The position numbers and the translations under genes are program-made. From assembly GCA_964609585.1 (NCBI GenBank), contig CAZSRA010000001.1:156697-220696 (forward strand): a stretch of 64,000 nt of DNA, in the 5' to 3' direction. Origin of the DNA: an uncultured Candidatus Saccharimonadales bacterium. Lineage in GTDB: Bacteria; Patescibacteriota; Saccharimonadia; UBA4664. The first letter of the stretch is position 1; every line of letters starts with the position of its first letter. Positions 28,741 to 39,098 of this stretch are shown in pieces. The notes beneath the pieces were generated by a model, which made no database searches, was not told the origin of the DNA, and saw only the letters and a program-made list of their open reading frames with translations.

Positions 28741-28934
28741 AGCGGATCAGGGAACATTATTATACACTAATAGTTAAATGATTGATAGATATTTTAGCTA
28801 TAACCCCAATTAATGAGAGGGGCGTTCAAACAGTATAGTATTTTTCCAATGGCGCGAGATAACGAAGGCCACGTTCCCCGTAGTACGCTCATGACAGCGA
28901 AATATGAGGGTTACGAGAAATGCCAAAGCCGGTA

Positions 28935-29687
28935 TTAGAGTTTCCCGCCGTCTAAATCTAGGACGCTTCCGCTCATCCACCCTGATTGGGGGGAAGCTAG
29001 GAAGGCTACGAGTGTGGCGACGTCCTGAGGCGTACCCAGCCTTTTTAAGGGATGACGTTGTGCTAATGCTTGTTGTGCGTCAGCTGGGATATGTAATTTG
29101 TTGCTCTCGGTAAGTATGGTTTCGGGCGCTACGCAGTTTATCCGTATCGGTCCATACTGGGCTGCAGCGAGCTGCGTTAGATGGATAATTCCAGCTTTTG
29201 CCACAGCATAGGGAAGGGGTGCGCGTTTCTCGATATACCTACCGGCTGACGAGGCTATAGTGATAACACTGCTGTCGGCAGAACTCGGCATGATGGGTAA
29301 GAAACATTTAAGGGTGAGAAATGTAGCCGTGAGGTTGCCGTCGATTGCACTATCCCAGTCATCTTCGGCTACGTCTGTGAGCGGGGCTGGTGCGGAGAAA
29401 CTTCCGCCCGCACAGGCTACGAGGACGTCTAGCTCTCCAAAATTTTTCTGTATCTGCTCCCGAATATTGATGAGATCATTCCATTTCAGGACGTCGCCAA
29501 TGAGCGCCAAAGCTTTGCCGCCTGCGTTCTCGATGGTCGCTACGGTTTTTTCGGTGGCTTCTGAGTCCCTGCCGTTTACGATAACAGTAGCGCCTCGACT
29601 GGCAAGTTCTTCGGCGATTGCAGACCCAATACCGCCAGAACCACCCGTGATGAGGGCAATTTTTTTACTCAGGTTGTCGTTTTTCAT
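28935..29687 (-). CDS. Short-chain dehydrogenase/reductase (SDR)
   Basis: TGGSGGIGSAIA Rossmann motif; YxxxK catalytic region. Confidence 0.8.
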   Translation of the reverse strand: MKNDNLSKKIALITGGSGGIGSAIAEELASRGATVIVNGRDSEATEKTVATIENAGGKALALIGDVLKWNDLINIREQIQKNFGELDVLVACAGGSFSAPAPLTDVAEDDWDSAIDGNLTATFLTLKCFLPIMPSSADSSVITIASSAGRYIEKRAPLPYAVAKAGIIHLTQLAAAQYGPIRINCVAPETILTESNKLHIPADAQQALAQRHPLKRLGTPQDVATLVAFLASPQSGWMSGSVLDLDGGKL

Positions 29688-29925
29688 ATACCTCCTTTAA
29701 GACTTGAGCTTAATTTGAGATATTCTTGCCATTCGTACAAGCAAACTCAAATAAGCACATTTAGTATGCTACTTGAGTCCTGCGATTCGGAGTTTGGCTG
29801 CTCCTAGATAGAGAATTGCATTACGGCGAATGAGCAATTCTTTTCAGAAGTCGTTTAGCGACTTCCTAGTTCAGTCCTCGGTTTCATTAAAGCAGCGAAT
29901 TACATAATCGGCAATGGCTTTCGAA

Positions 29926-30786
29926 CTAGCGTACGACCCAGTTACCGGCACCGAGGTTGCGGACTTTGCCGGTGATTTCCATGAGACTAATGATGTTGGC
30001 AAATTGCGCGGCCGAGAGCTTGCTTTGTGCGATAAGCTCTTCGCTGGAGCTCGTGCCTTGGCCGAGCAAGCGGATGATGAGAGCTTCTTCGGCACTTTGA
30101 GCCGACACGGGGACGGCTTCGCGGGCGTGGAAACCGAGGGCGACGATAGCGTCGGCGCTCGAGGTGATGGGCGTAGCGCCGGTGCGGATGAGATTGTTGG
30201 GGCCGGCCGAGTATTGCGAGGTGATGTTGCCCGGGACAGCCATAACCGTGCGGCCAGCGGCAATCGCGTCTCGGGCCGTGATGAGGGCGCCGCTTTTTTC
30301 CGCGCATTCGGTGACGATGACGGCGGCACATAGGCCGGCGATGAGGCGGTTGCGGGCGACGAATTGGTGTGGGAGGGGCGGCGTGCCAGCGTCGTATTCA
30401 GACAGGAGGGCACCGCCGGTGGCCAGGATTTCCTGCGCAAGGCCGCGGTGGCGAGGCGGGTAAATGCGGTCGAGGCCGTGAGCGAGTACGGCGACGGTCT
30501 TTCCGCCAGCGTCGAGAGCGGCGCGGTGGGCGATTGAGTCTATACCAATGGCCAGGCCACTCACAATAACGGCGCCAGCATGAGCTAGTTCGCTGGCGAT
30601 TTGGTAGGTGACTTTTTCGCCATAAGCGGTAGGCCTCCGGGTGCCAACAATGGCTACAAGTGAATCTTTGGGCAAAGTTCCTAAAACGTTTATGCTCGTC
30701 GGGGAGGGGTCAATTTGCCTCAAACTATCGGGAAAATCAGGAGAATTGTAAGAAATGTTAGAAATTTGCATAATTATTGTTGACAT
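29926..30786 (-). CDS. dprA: DNA processing protein DprA (Smf)
   Basis: SGLAIGIDSIAHRAALDAGGKTVAVLAHGLDRIYP. Confidence 0.85.
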   Translation of the reverse strand: MSTIIMQISNISYNSPDFPDSLRQIDPSPTSINVLGTLPKDSLVAIVGTRRPTAYGEKVTYQIASELAHAGAVIVSGLAIGIDSIAHRAALDAGGKTVAVLAHGLDRIYPPRHRGLAQEILATGGALLSEYDAGTPPLPHQFVARNRLIAGLCAAVIVTECAEKSGALITARDAIAAGRTVMAVPGNITSQYSAGPNNLIRTGATPITSSADAIVALGFHAREAVPVSAQSAEEALIIRLLGQGTSSSEELIAQSKLSAAQFANIISLMEITGKVRNLGAGNWVVR

Positions 30787-31086
30787 AACTCTTAAAGTGT
30801 GTTAGCATCTTAACCATACCTTTGAAGAAAAGGTACGCACCCACCAACATACCACTTATTCGCCTGTAAGAATATCTAAATGCACCCTCCTTTAGAAATT
30901 TATTGCAGGCGGATTAGTCCCTTCACACCCGTCACGCTATATGCGTTTCGCACAAAACACCTCTGAGGTGAGGTTGAAGGGTGTCATAAAGACCCGAGCT
31001 AAACGAGATGCCCACCCATCCCTTATAGTCTCGGGTCTTTATATTTCGGGAAAAAGGGGCGGGTTTTTCGTGTAGGATGAGATTGT

Positions 31087-32157
31087 ATGAAATTTCTATT
31101 AACGACATTTCCAGGTTTGAGCGAACTTGCAAGCGAAGAGCTGGCGAGCAGGTTGAAATTTGGCGTTGTCGATAAGGCCCGGGTGCGTGGTAGCGAGCTG
31201 TTGTGGGTGCAAACGTCGGATCCGGCAGGCTTGCTTGAGCTACGGTTGCCTGAAGACGTGTTTGTGGAAATTGATCGAGTGAAGTTGTCGGGGGATGTGA
31301 GTGATCTTAAGGCGATTGCAAAGGCGTTTGCCCGCCCAGAGGGTATGAACAGTGCTCTGCGGGTGTATGAGCATTTATTGCGACATGCGGTGGCTGCGAG
31401 GACGGTTTTTCGGGTAGTGGTGCAGGCTGACGATAGTGCGTGGCGCAAGTACCGTCGGATTGACATGCAAGTAGCGGTCGAAGCCGGCATTTTGCGGGCG
31501 CGATCTGGTTGGCGGTTGAATTCGGATACGGCACCGGTGGAGATTTGGGTTCATCAGGTGGGGCGGGAATTGGTAGTGAGTTTGCGGCTTACGAGCGCTG
31601 AACACCGGGCTCGAGGTGGTCGGACGATGGAGCGCGAAGCGGCGCTGCGGCCGACGATTGCGGCGGCGATGGTATCGCTTTCGCGGCCACAGGATGATGA
31701 TGTGTTTTTGGACCCAATGTGTGGCTCGGGTACGATCTTGCTCGAGCGAGCATTGGCGGGTCGGCATGGGCTGCTTTTGGGCGGCGATATTGATGGGGCG
31801 GCGGTGAAAGCGACACTTGCGAATTTTGGGCCGCGTCATAAGCCGGTGCGCATTGAACGTATGGACGTGCGGAAATTGCCTTTTGAGGATGCTTCGGTCG
31901 ATAAATTGGTGACGAATTTGCCTTGGGGGCGGCAGATTGGGCGACCGGACGAGCTGCCGGCGTTGTATGCTGGAGTGCTGATGGAAGCGGCGCGGGTGAT
32001 GCGTCCTGGCGGCGTGTTGGTACTTTTAACGAGCGAATGGGAGCTGTTGAAACGGACGCTTAAGGTTGCACGCGGGTTTAAGCTCGTACGGACAGTTTCG
32101 AATATTGAGGTGCTGGGAACGCGGGCGGATTTATTTGTGCTGGGACTTGCGAAATAG
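31087..32157 (+). CDS. THUMP-domain SAM-dependent RNA methyltransferase (RlmL/Trm14-like, COG0116)
   Basis: FLDPMCGSGTILLE motif I; VTNLPWG motif IV. Confidence 0.7.
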   Translation: MKFLLTTFPGLSELASEELASRLKFGVVDKARVRGSELLWVQTSDPAGLLELRLPEDVFVEIDRVKLSGDVSDLKAIAKAFARPEGMNSALRVYEHLLRHAVAARTVFRVVVQADDSAWRKYRRIDMQVAVEAGILRARSGWRLNSDTAPVEIWVHQVGRELVVSLRLTSAEHRARGGRTMEREAALRPTIAAAMVSLSRPQDDDVFLDPMCGSGTILLERALAGRHGLLLGGDIDGAAVKATLANFGPRHKPVRIERMDVRKLPFEDASVDKLVTNLPWGRQIGRPDELPALYAGVLMEAARVMRPGGVLVLLTSEWELLKRTLKVARGFKLVRTVSNIEVLGTRADLFVLGLAK

Positions 32158-32679
32158 CTCAGGGTTTTTGAACGGGATTAGGGCGTAGATGATGGGCTCG
32201 ACGTAGTAGGTGGTGCGGTCGATGATGCCACCGGTGAGCGTCCCGACGGTGCCACCGGCTTGTTTTGAATTTTTGGTGTTAAAAATGATGTCGTGGGCTT
32301 CGCCGAGCTCTTTACCTTCGGCTATGAGTTTGGCCATTTGAGGCGGGAGGTAGAATATACCGGTTTTGCCTCGGCCGGCTTGGTTGTCTTTGGACTGTAT
32401 TACTACCCAAGCATAACAAGCGAGTTCGTTTGACTGTTGCTCGACGCCACCTTCGATGCCGACCCAAAAATCGGCTTCTGGACGGGCGAGGCGAGCATTT
32501 TTGACGCGGTTTTCGGCTCCCTGAAGGGTTTCGATGTCTCCAAACGGTTGATCTCTTACTTCTGAACCAACTTCAACTCCCGAGATATCAAACTCTTCGG
32601 TTGGGAACATGGTCTTAAAGCCGGTAAGCGTAGCATTGATTTTAACGGGGTTGCGGGAGGCGACGACGATGGTTTTCAT
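32131..32679 (-). CDS. Inosine/xanthosine triphosphatase, YjjX family
   Basis: DQPFG, EADFWVGIEGG and ALIPFKN closely parallel E. coli YjjX; 27-bp convergent overlap with the preceding gene. Confidence 0.85.
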   Translation of the reverse strand: MKTIVVASRNPVKINATLTGFKTMFPTEEFDISGVEVGSEVRDQPFGDIETLQGAENRVKNARLARPEADFWVGIEGGVEQQSNELACYAWVVIQSKDNQAGRGKTGIFYLPPQMAKLIAEGKELGEAHDIIFNTKNSKQAGGTVGTLTGGIIDRTTYYVEPIIYALIPFKNPELFRKSQHK

Positions 32680-32740
32680 GGTCTGATTATACCAAGAACC
32701 GCCCAGATGAGGGCGGCTTTTTAGTCTGTGGTTTTTGGTT

Positions 32741-33706
32741 TTAGTGTTTGTAATTATGGTCGAAGGGCACAAGCTGCTTCCAGCCATCGGGTGAGGTTTT
32801 GTCGGGGACAAGACGGGTCCAGTCTTCGCCCATGATGCTTTCGAGGTTGGCGTCGCGACGATACTCGGTTTTGATGACACCGTCTACGACTGAGCCGATA
32901 GGAAACCCGTTTTTTGAAAGTTGGTTGAGGTCGGCTGGAGGTAAGCCTTCAGTGTTGTAGGGTTGGCTAAGCGCTGTCGTGGAAGTAACGAGGGTGAGGT
33001 TGTCGCCGGATTTGAGGTCTTTGAGCGATATGGGCCGACCTTTTTCGTAGGCTCGTAGTTTTGAGCTCAGGGGTAGGGTGACATTGTTGTAGGCCTGCCC
33101 ATTTAGAGCCGTGTCGAGAGTGATGGTGGTGGGCGTAGCTTTTTCGAAGGTCACATTGATGGGGGTGAAGTATTGTTTTTGACCGGGCGTGAAGGTATAC
33201 GCGGTGCCTTTGGGTGGATATGAAGCCATGACTTCGGGGAAGAGCTGAGGCAGGAGGTCGGCTTCGCAGCTGGCTTTTATGCTTTGGGTGAGTTGCTCGG
33301 GTGTGAGTTTGGAGCCAACCTTGATTTCGTAGTAGCTTTTGGTGGGTTTGGTGGATTCTTGGCCCTGGCAACTGTCGATGTTGACCCAGAAGCGTTTGTC
33401 GCCGTTGGCCAGGGTGGTGATGCTGGAAACATCGAGGGTGGCTTTGGGCTGGAGCCAGAGGACGCCAACTACGGCGGCGCTGGCTGCGAGCGCGATGGGC
33501 GCAAGGCCGAACGCCATTGTGGTAGGTTTGATGAAATTACGCATAGCAATGGTTCCTTGTAGATACGAGGCTAGTCGCGCCATCATCGAGGTGGGTTTTG
33601 GCGGTGTTTGGACGCGGGCTAGTACTTGGGCCGTAAAGTGCGGCGAAAGCGGGCGCCGAGGTTCGGCCGAGGTGAGCTGGTCCAGGCGCTGATCGATGTT
33701 GGTCAT
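32741..33706 (-). CDS. Putative anti-sigma factor (single TM, extracytoplasmic domain)
   Basis: ATGA overlap with the ECF sigma gene; one TM helix after about 80 cytoplasmic residues. Confidence 0.55.
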   Translation of the reverse strand: MTNIDQRLDQLTSAEPRRPLSPHFTAQVLARVQTPPKPTSMMARLASYLQGTIAMRNFIKPTTMAFGLAPIALAASAAVVGVLWLQPKATLDVSSITTLANGDKRFWVNIDSCQGQESTKPTKSYYEIKVGSKLTPEQLTQSIKASCEADLLPQLFPEVMASYPPKGTAYTFTPGQKQYFTPINVTFEKATPTTITLDTALNGQAYNNVTLPLSSKLRAYEKGRPISLKDLKSGDNLTLVTSTTALSQPYNTEGLPPADLNQLSKNGFPIGSVVDGVIKTEYRRDANLESIMGEDWTRLVPDKTSPDGWKQLVPFDHNYKH

Positions 33707-34218
33707 GACAAGACCTCCTTTAATTGTTTTTTGGCGCGGTGAAGCCAGCTACGAATAGAGCTCGTGGGTGCCTGCATCACCTGGCTGATTTCTTCGTAGC
33801 TGTAACCTTGACCGTAATAGAGGCTGATGACGGTCTGGTAATTGGACTTTAACTGGCCGACGGCCACCCAGAGCTCATGGTCTTCGGCCTTTTGAAGCGG
33901 CGAGGGCAGGCTGCTGGGGAGCGTGAGGGCGTCTTCGAGCGGTAGGGTGCGCCGGCGTCGCAAGTGATCAAGGCATTTGCGCGTGGCGATGGTGAAGAGC
34001 CAGGTTTTGAAGCTGCCTTTGGTGGGGTTGTAACTGCCGAGCTTGTGATAGGCGGTAATGAACGTCTCTTGTGCCATGTCTTCGGCCGCATCTTCGTCGC
34101 GAACAATGTAGAAACAATGGCGATACAATTGGTGCTTGTGACGATCCACGAGAGGGCGAAAATCCTCGGGCGAACCGTCCAAAATGCGAGCGATTTGCTC
34201 GATGTCGTCATTGTCCAT
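33703..34218 (-). CDS. ECF-type RNA polymerase sigma factor
   Basis: Sigma70 region 2 (ETFITAYHKL) and region 4 (YEEISQVMQAPTSSIRSWLHRAKKQL); start set at MDNDDIEQ. Confidence 0.8.
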   Translation of the reverse strand: MDNDDIEQIARILDGSPEDFRPLVDRHKHQLYRHCFYIVRDEDAAEDMAQETFITAYHKLGSYNPTKGSFKTWLFTIATRKCLDHLRRRRTLPLEDALTLPSSLPSPLQKAEDHELWVAVGQLKSNYQTVISLYYGQGYSYEEISQVMQAPTSSIRSWLHRAKKQLKEVLS

Positions 34219-34255
34219 ACTATCTATACGAGCCGTAAGAGCCAAAGATTGCACT

Positions 34256-34864
34256 TCAGAGTAGGTCGAAGGTGGATTCTTCGGGGGTTTCGAGCTGGAG
34301 TTGAGCTTGGATAAGGCTTGCGGCTGAAGTGATGAGTTTGGGGAGTTTAGTTTGCTCTTCGGGGTTGAAGGGTTTGAGCACGTAGACTTCGCTGGGCTCG
34401 ACGGTGCGGTCGTTGAGGCTGATGCCGAGGCGCGCATGGACAAAGTTTTGACCGATGGCGCTGGTGATAGAGCGAATCCCCTGCTGGCCGCTGGTGGCAC
34501 CTTGGCGGAGGCGCAAGCGGCCGAAATTGACGTCGACGTCGTCGTAGAGCACCCAAACGTCTGCGGGTTTGAGGCGGTATTTTTGCATCAGGCGCTGCAC
34601 GGCCTCGCCAGAGAGGTTCATCATGGTTTGAGGTTTGGCGAGAATGATTTCATCGCCGGTGAGCTCGATTTTGGCAACTTCGGCTTGGAGTTTGGGCTCG
34701 AGCTTCCAATCTGCGATTTTGAGGCCGTAGATTTTGGCATTGTCTGCGGTATCGGGGCCGGATTTGAAGTGGCGCAGGAGTTCGTCTACGACCATGAAAC
34801 CAATGTTGTGCCTGGTGTGGGCGTAGCGTTTGCCGACATTGCCAAGGCCTACGACGAGTTTCAT
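34256..34864 (-). CDS. pth: Peptidyl-tRNA hydrolase
   Basis: MKLVVGLGNVGKRYAHTRHNIGF. Confidence 0.9.
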   Translation of the reverse strand: MKLVVGLGNVGKRYAHTRHNIGFMVVDELLRHFKSGPDTADNAKIYGLKIADWKLEPKLQAEVAKIELTGDEIILAKPQTMMNLSGEAVQRLMQKYRLKPADVWVLYDDVDVNFGRLRLRQGATSGQQGIRSITSAIGQNFVHARLGISLNDRTVEPSEVYVLKPFNPEEQTKLPKLITSAASLIQAQLQLETPEESTFDLL

Positions 34865-36273
34865 TTGGCAGTAGCGTCCGTTGCTGATGGGCTACTGGGG
34901 TTTTTGCGCAATTTTTCTACTTTGAACCCGCGGCCTTTGCCGCTGCCGCCACCGCGACGGACGTCGTCGCCGTGTTTGTGGCGGAACTCGAGGCGGATGG
35001 GTGTGCCCACGAAATCCCATTCGGCGCGGAGGTTGTTTTCGATGTAGCGGCGGTAGCCGAAATGGATGAGGTCGGGGTAGGTGCAGAAAATGGTGAAGGT
35101 GGGCGGGGTGTGTCCGGTCTGGGTGCCATAGTTAATCTTGGGCAGGCGGCCTTTGAGCCCCGCGGGTGGTTGCTTGGCAACGAGTTTTTCGAGCAGGCGA
35201 TTGAAGGGGCCGGTGGCAACGTCGGTTTTACGGCGTTCATCGATTTGGACGGCGAGTTCCATGAGTTGATTGACGTGCAGACCGTGGGTGGCGGAGGTGT
35301 AGACGAGGGGTGCCCACCAGGCAAATTGAAATTCTTTTTTGATGAGAACGCTGAGGCGGTCTTGGGTTTTTTCGTCTTTTTCCACGGCGTCCCATTTGTT
35401 CATGGCAATGATGAGGCCGCAACCGGCTTCGATGATTTGGCCGGCGAGGTTGAGGTCGCCAGCCACTTGGCCTTCTACGGCGTCCATGATGAGTACGCAG
35501 ACGTCGGCTTCATGGATGGCATTGAGGGTACGCAGAGCGCTGAATTTTTCAACGCCTTTTTCGATGCGGCCGCGGCGGCGGATGCCGGCGGTGTCGAGGA
35601 GTTCGATTTCGCGGCCTTTGTATTTGATGATTTCGGTGGCGACGTCGCGGGTGGTGCCGGGTACGTTTGAGACCACGGCTTTTTGCTTGCCGATAAGAGC
35701 GTTTAAGAGGCTGGATTTGCCGACGTTCGGGCGGCCGATGAGGGCGAGTTTGAGGGGGCGGGTTTCGTCTGGAGTTGTGTCTTCGGTAATGAGTTCGGTG
35801 ATGGCGTCGAGCAAGTCGCCGGTGCCGCGGCCGTGGATAGCGGAGACGCCGATAATGGTGGGGATGCCAAGCCGGCGCCAAGCTTCGAGATCGGCACCAG
35901 CAGCTGTATCGACTTTGCCAAGCGCGAGGATGACGGGCTTGCCGGTTTTGAGGGCGAGTCGTGCGGCGTCTTGGTCGTCGGAGGTGATCATGGTGCTGGC
36001 ATCGACAACGACCACGATGACACTCGCGTTTTTGGCCATTTGCTTGATCTGGTCTTGGGCCTGGAGCTCAATTTCGCCGTCGGCTTTAGATAGGCCGGCA
36101 GTGTCGACGAGCGTGAAATGTTTGCCGGCCCACTGCAATTTGCCGTAATTGGCATCTCTCGTGGTACCTGCGGAGTCGTGGGTGATGGCCTGACGGGTAC
36201 CGATGAGTCGGTTAAAAAGGCTGGATTTACCAATATTGGGGCGGCCGACGATGGCGACGAGTGGTGCGCTCAT
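34861..36273 (-). CDS. der: GTPase Der (EngA), double GTPase domain
   Basis: Two G1 motifs GRPNIGKSS and GRPNVGKSS; KH-like C-domain and basic tail. Confidence 0.9.
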   Translation of the reverse strand: MSAPLVAIVGRPNIGKSSLFNRLIGTRQAITHDSAGTTRDANYGKLQWAGKHFTLVDTAGLSKADGEIELQAQDQIKQMAKNASVIVVVVDASTMITSDDQDAARLALKTGKPVILALGKVDTAAGADLEAWRRLGIPTIIGVSAIHGRGTGDLLDAITELITEDTTPDETRPLKLALIGRPNVGKSSLLNALIGKQKAVVSNVPGTTRDVATEIIKYKGREIELLDTAGIRRRGRIEKGVEKFSALRTLNAIHEADVCVLIMDAVEGQVAGDLNLAGQIIEAGCGLIIAMNKWDAVEKDEKTQDRLSVLIKKEFQFAWWAPLVYTSATHGLHVNQLMELAVQIDERRKTDVATGPFNRLLEKLVAKQPPAGLKGRLPKINYGTQTGHTPPTFTIFCTYPDLIHFGYRRYIENNLRAEWDFVGTPIRLEFRHKHGDDVRRGGGSGKGRGFKVEKLRKNPSSPSATDATAK

Positions 36274-36298
36274 TTGGTGCTTTCCGATTTTTTCATGC

Positions 36299-37216
36299 TT
36301 AGAGCCATTGCCAGGTATGTCCGATCCAATTAGTGAGCGTGGTGGTGGCACCGAAGCGATCACCGGCGTCGAGGACAACGGTGATGACCTGGTGGCCATT
36401 AATACGAGTAAGGCCGACGAAACATTCGCCGGCTGCCTGCGTGTACCCAGTCTTTATACCATAAAAATCTCCTGAAGCCAAGAGGTTGTTGGTGGTGGCA
36501 AGATTGTAGACTCTCCCCTGTCGGCTCGTGATGGTGGCTGAGGCGTAAGAAACGACACGAGCTATGTCGGGATTTTGGATTGCTAGACTGGCGATTTTCG
36601 CAAGAGCGGCAGCCGAGGCGTAGTTGCCGGTGTCTTGAAGGCCGCTGGCGCTGGCGAAATGAGTGTCTGTGATGCCCCACTGAGCCATTTTGGCATTCAT
36701 TTTGGCGGCGAATTTCGGAATGGAGCCGGCTGTGGTGATGGCCAGCGTGTCGGCGGCATCATTGTAAGAGGGAATGAGGGCGGCTTCGATGAGATCGCCG
36801 AGATGGAAGCTGTCGCCGGGTGTGAGCCCCATAGTTTCGGCTTCGATTGGGTAAGCTGGAAGAGTGGGGACGGTAATAGTTTCCTTTGGATTGTGTTCGG
36901 ATAGCACGACGAGAGCAGTGATCATTTTGGTGACGCTGGCAATGGGGCGGCGAGCACCAATGTTTTTGGCGTAAAGAACGGTAGCGGTGGCGGGGTCAAT
37001 GGCGATGGCGCTGGTTGCTTGAAGATCGAGCGAGGTGGTGGAGACACGGATGGGGGGCGAAACGATCTGGGTGGGTGTGGCTACGGGATTGGCTTCGACT
37101 GTGTTCGGCGTGCTGGATGCGACGCTCACAAGCCGGGAGCGCGTTGAGGTGGAGACGTGTGGCCAAAGGCTTGTAGCATGAAGGCCGAGAATTAGTATGA
37201 GGACTAAGGTCTTCAT
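36299..37216 (-). CDS. D-alanyl-D-alanine carboxypeptidase (S11, PBP5-like)
   Basis: Signal peptide; SVTK (SxxK) motif. Confidence 0.8.
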   Translation of the reverse strand: MKTLVLILILGLHATSLWPHVSTSTRSRLVSVASSTPNTVEANPVATPTQIVSPPIRVSTTSLDLQATSAIAIDPATATVLYAKNIGARRPIASVTKMITALVVLSEHNPKETITVPTLPAYPIEAETMGLTPGDSFHLGDLIEAALIPSYNDAADTLAITTAGSIPKFAAKMNAKMAQWGITDTHFASASGLQDTGNYASAAALAKIASLAIQNPDIARVVSYASATITSRQGRVYNLATTNNLLASGDFYGIKTGYTQAAGECFVGLTRINGHQVITVVLDAGDRFGATTTLTNWIGHTWQWL

Positions 37217-37887
37217 TGGTTATTTCCTGTAGGGCTAACTGGGCGCCAGTGTCCGCTTTCGAGCTCTGCGAGCTTGAAAGGGCCAATATTCGTGCGGTGA
37301 AGGCGTTCAACATGATACCCAAGAGCACCAAAGGTGCGGCGTAGTTGCCGGTTGCGACCCTCCTCGAGGGTGACAGTGACGGTTTTACCATGAGTATCTA
37401 TGACGGTGACGTGGCTGAGGCCGTCGCGCAGGGGGATACCCTCCTCGAGTTTTTGGAGGTCGCCTGGGGTGAGGGTGCCGGATAACGTGAGCTCATAGCG
37501 TTTGGTCTTGCCGTGTGAGGGGTGGGTGAGGTTTTGAATGAAATCGCCGTCGTCGGACAAGAGGATGAGGCCGCTGGAGTCGAGGTCGAGGCGGCCGGCA
37601 ATGCGTAGGGCATGAAAGTGACTTGGGATGAGGTCGTAGAGGGTGGGGTTTGCGTCTTGTTGAGTGCGACTGGAAACGTAGCCCGTGGGTTTATTGAGCA
37701 TAAGGTAGGTGTGATGGGTTTTTAGGGTTACTATCTGGTCGTCGAGGGTGACGGTGTCGCTAGGATTGACGGTTCGGCCTAGTGCTACGGGCGTTCCATT
37801 TAGTTTGACGCGACCAGCAGCGATGGTGGTGTCGGCGGCCCGGCGCGAGAGACCGGTAGCTGCGGCGAGAAATTGATTAATTCTCAT
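37213..37887 (-). CDS. Pseudouridine synthase, RsuA/RluB family
   Basis: S4 domain plus GRLDLDSSGLILLSDDG catalytic motif. Confidence 0.8.
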   Translation of the reverse strand: MRINQFLAAATGLSRRAADTTIAAGRVKLNGTPVALGRTVNPSDTVTLDDQIVTLKTHHTYLMLNKPTGYVSSRTQQDANPTLYDLIPSHFHALRIAGRLDLDSSGLILLSDDGDFIQNLTHPSHGKTKRYELTLSGTLTPGDLQKLEEGIPLRDGLSHVTVIDTHGKTVTVTLEEGRNRQLRRTFGALGYHVERLHRTNIGPFKLAELESGHWRPVSPTGNNQ

Positions 37888-38392
37888 TAAGATCTTTCGG
37901 TAAGGGCGGCAAGTCTTTTGCGCTCGTAAGACCAAAGTGCTGGAGAAAGCCGTGACTAACGGCGAAGACGGCTGGCCGGCCAGGTTCCGAGCTATGGCCG
38001 GCTTCTTCGATGAGGCCACGAGCTATTAAATTTCGCACCATGATCTCAGAGGCTACTCCCCTAATGTGCTCGATGTTAGCTTTGGTGATGGGTCCGCGAT
38101 AAGCAATGATTGCGAGTGTTTCGAGCGCGGACTTGGTGAGGTCCTGGCGACTTTGATCTTCGAGGAATTGATTCAGGACATTTGGAGCTTCGGGTGCGGT
38201 AACGAGCCGGTACGTGTCGCTAGCTTTGGCTAGGCGAATGCCATGGGTGAGGCGGGTTTCGAGAACCTCCAGGGAGCTTTCGACTTCATTTTTGGGCTCG
38301 CCGGTAATTTTTGCGAGTTTTGTGGCTGAGAGTGGCTCGCTGGCGGCAAAAAGGATAGCCTCGAGTAGGCTGGGTAGATCAAGCTTGGGCAT
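37877..38392 (-). CDS. scpB: Segregation and condensation protein B
   Basis: LEAILFAASEPL...GRPAVFAVSHGFL winged-helix repeats. Confidence 0.85.
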   Translation of the reverse strand: MPKLDLPSLLEAILFAASEPLSATKLAKITGEPKNEVESSLEVLETRLTHGIRLAKASDTYRLVTAPEAPNVLNQFLEDQSRQDLTKSALETLAIIAYRGPITKANIEHIRGVASEIMVRNLIARGLIEEAGHSSEPGRPAVFAVSHGFLQHFGLTSAKDLPPLPKDLNEN

Positions 38393-39071
38393 GCGATGAC
38401 TCCACGAGAATGGGCTGGAATTGGCTCATTTGCGTAACGCGTGCGACTCCAGAGCGGATAAGCTCAAGTAGGGCGAGGAAGGTGACGATGATTTCGAGGC
38501 GGTCGCGACATTCGACGAGGATGGTTTGGAGCTCGAAGCTGGCTGGCAGGCGGCTGCGCAAGCGGCGGACGACGGATTCAAGGCTTAGGTGCGTAGTAGT
38601 GGAGATTTCTCGGGGTGCGGGTTTAGCGTAAGCTAGGGCGGATGCGAAGGCGGCGCCGAGCTGTTCGAGCTTGATATTGGGCAGGGGGAGTTGGCTCATG
38701 TCTGGGCGGGGGGCGACTGGTTTGGTCCAGGTGCGGTTGGTGGCGAGGTCAGATAGGGTTGTGGCAGCGGATTTGAATCGTCGGTACTCGATAAGATCGT
38801 GACTAAGACGGGCGAGCTCCAAAGTTTGTTCGTCGTTATTTTCCTGAGGCAAGAGTGCTAGGCTTTTGATGTAGAGCAGGCGGGCGCCAAGCTCAATAAA
38901 TTCACTCAGATCCTCGGCCGAGTTTTGAGGGAGGTTGCGAATGTAGGTTATGTAGTCGCTGGTAATTGCCCCGACCGAAATGGCTGACACCTCGAATTTG
39001 CGGTGCTCAACGAGCTCAAGCAATGCTCCGAGCGGACCTTCAAACTCCCCTACTGCGACAGTATGGCTCAT
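38379..39071 (-). CDS. scpA: Segregation and condensation protein A (kleisin)
   Basis: FEGPLGALLELVEHRKFEVSAISVGAITSDY N-terminus. Confidence 0.85.
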   Translation of the reverse strand: MSHTVAVGEFEGPLGALLELVEHRKFEVSAISVGAITSDYITYIRNLPQNSAEDLSEFIELGARLLYIKSLALLPQENNDEQTLELARLSHDLIEYRRFKSAATTLSDLATNRTWTKPVAPRPDMSQLPLPNIKLEQLGAAFASALAYAKPAPREISTTTHLSLESVVRRLRSRLPASFELQTILVECRDRLEIIVTFLALLELIRSGVARVTQMSQFQPILVESSHAQA

Positions 39072-39098
39072 GCTTTACACCTTGGTCGTACGTGAAAA

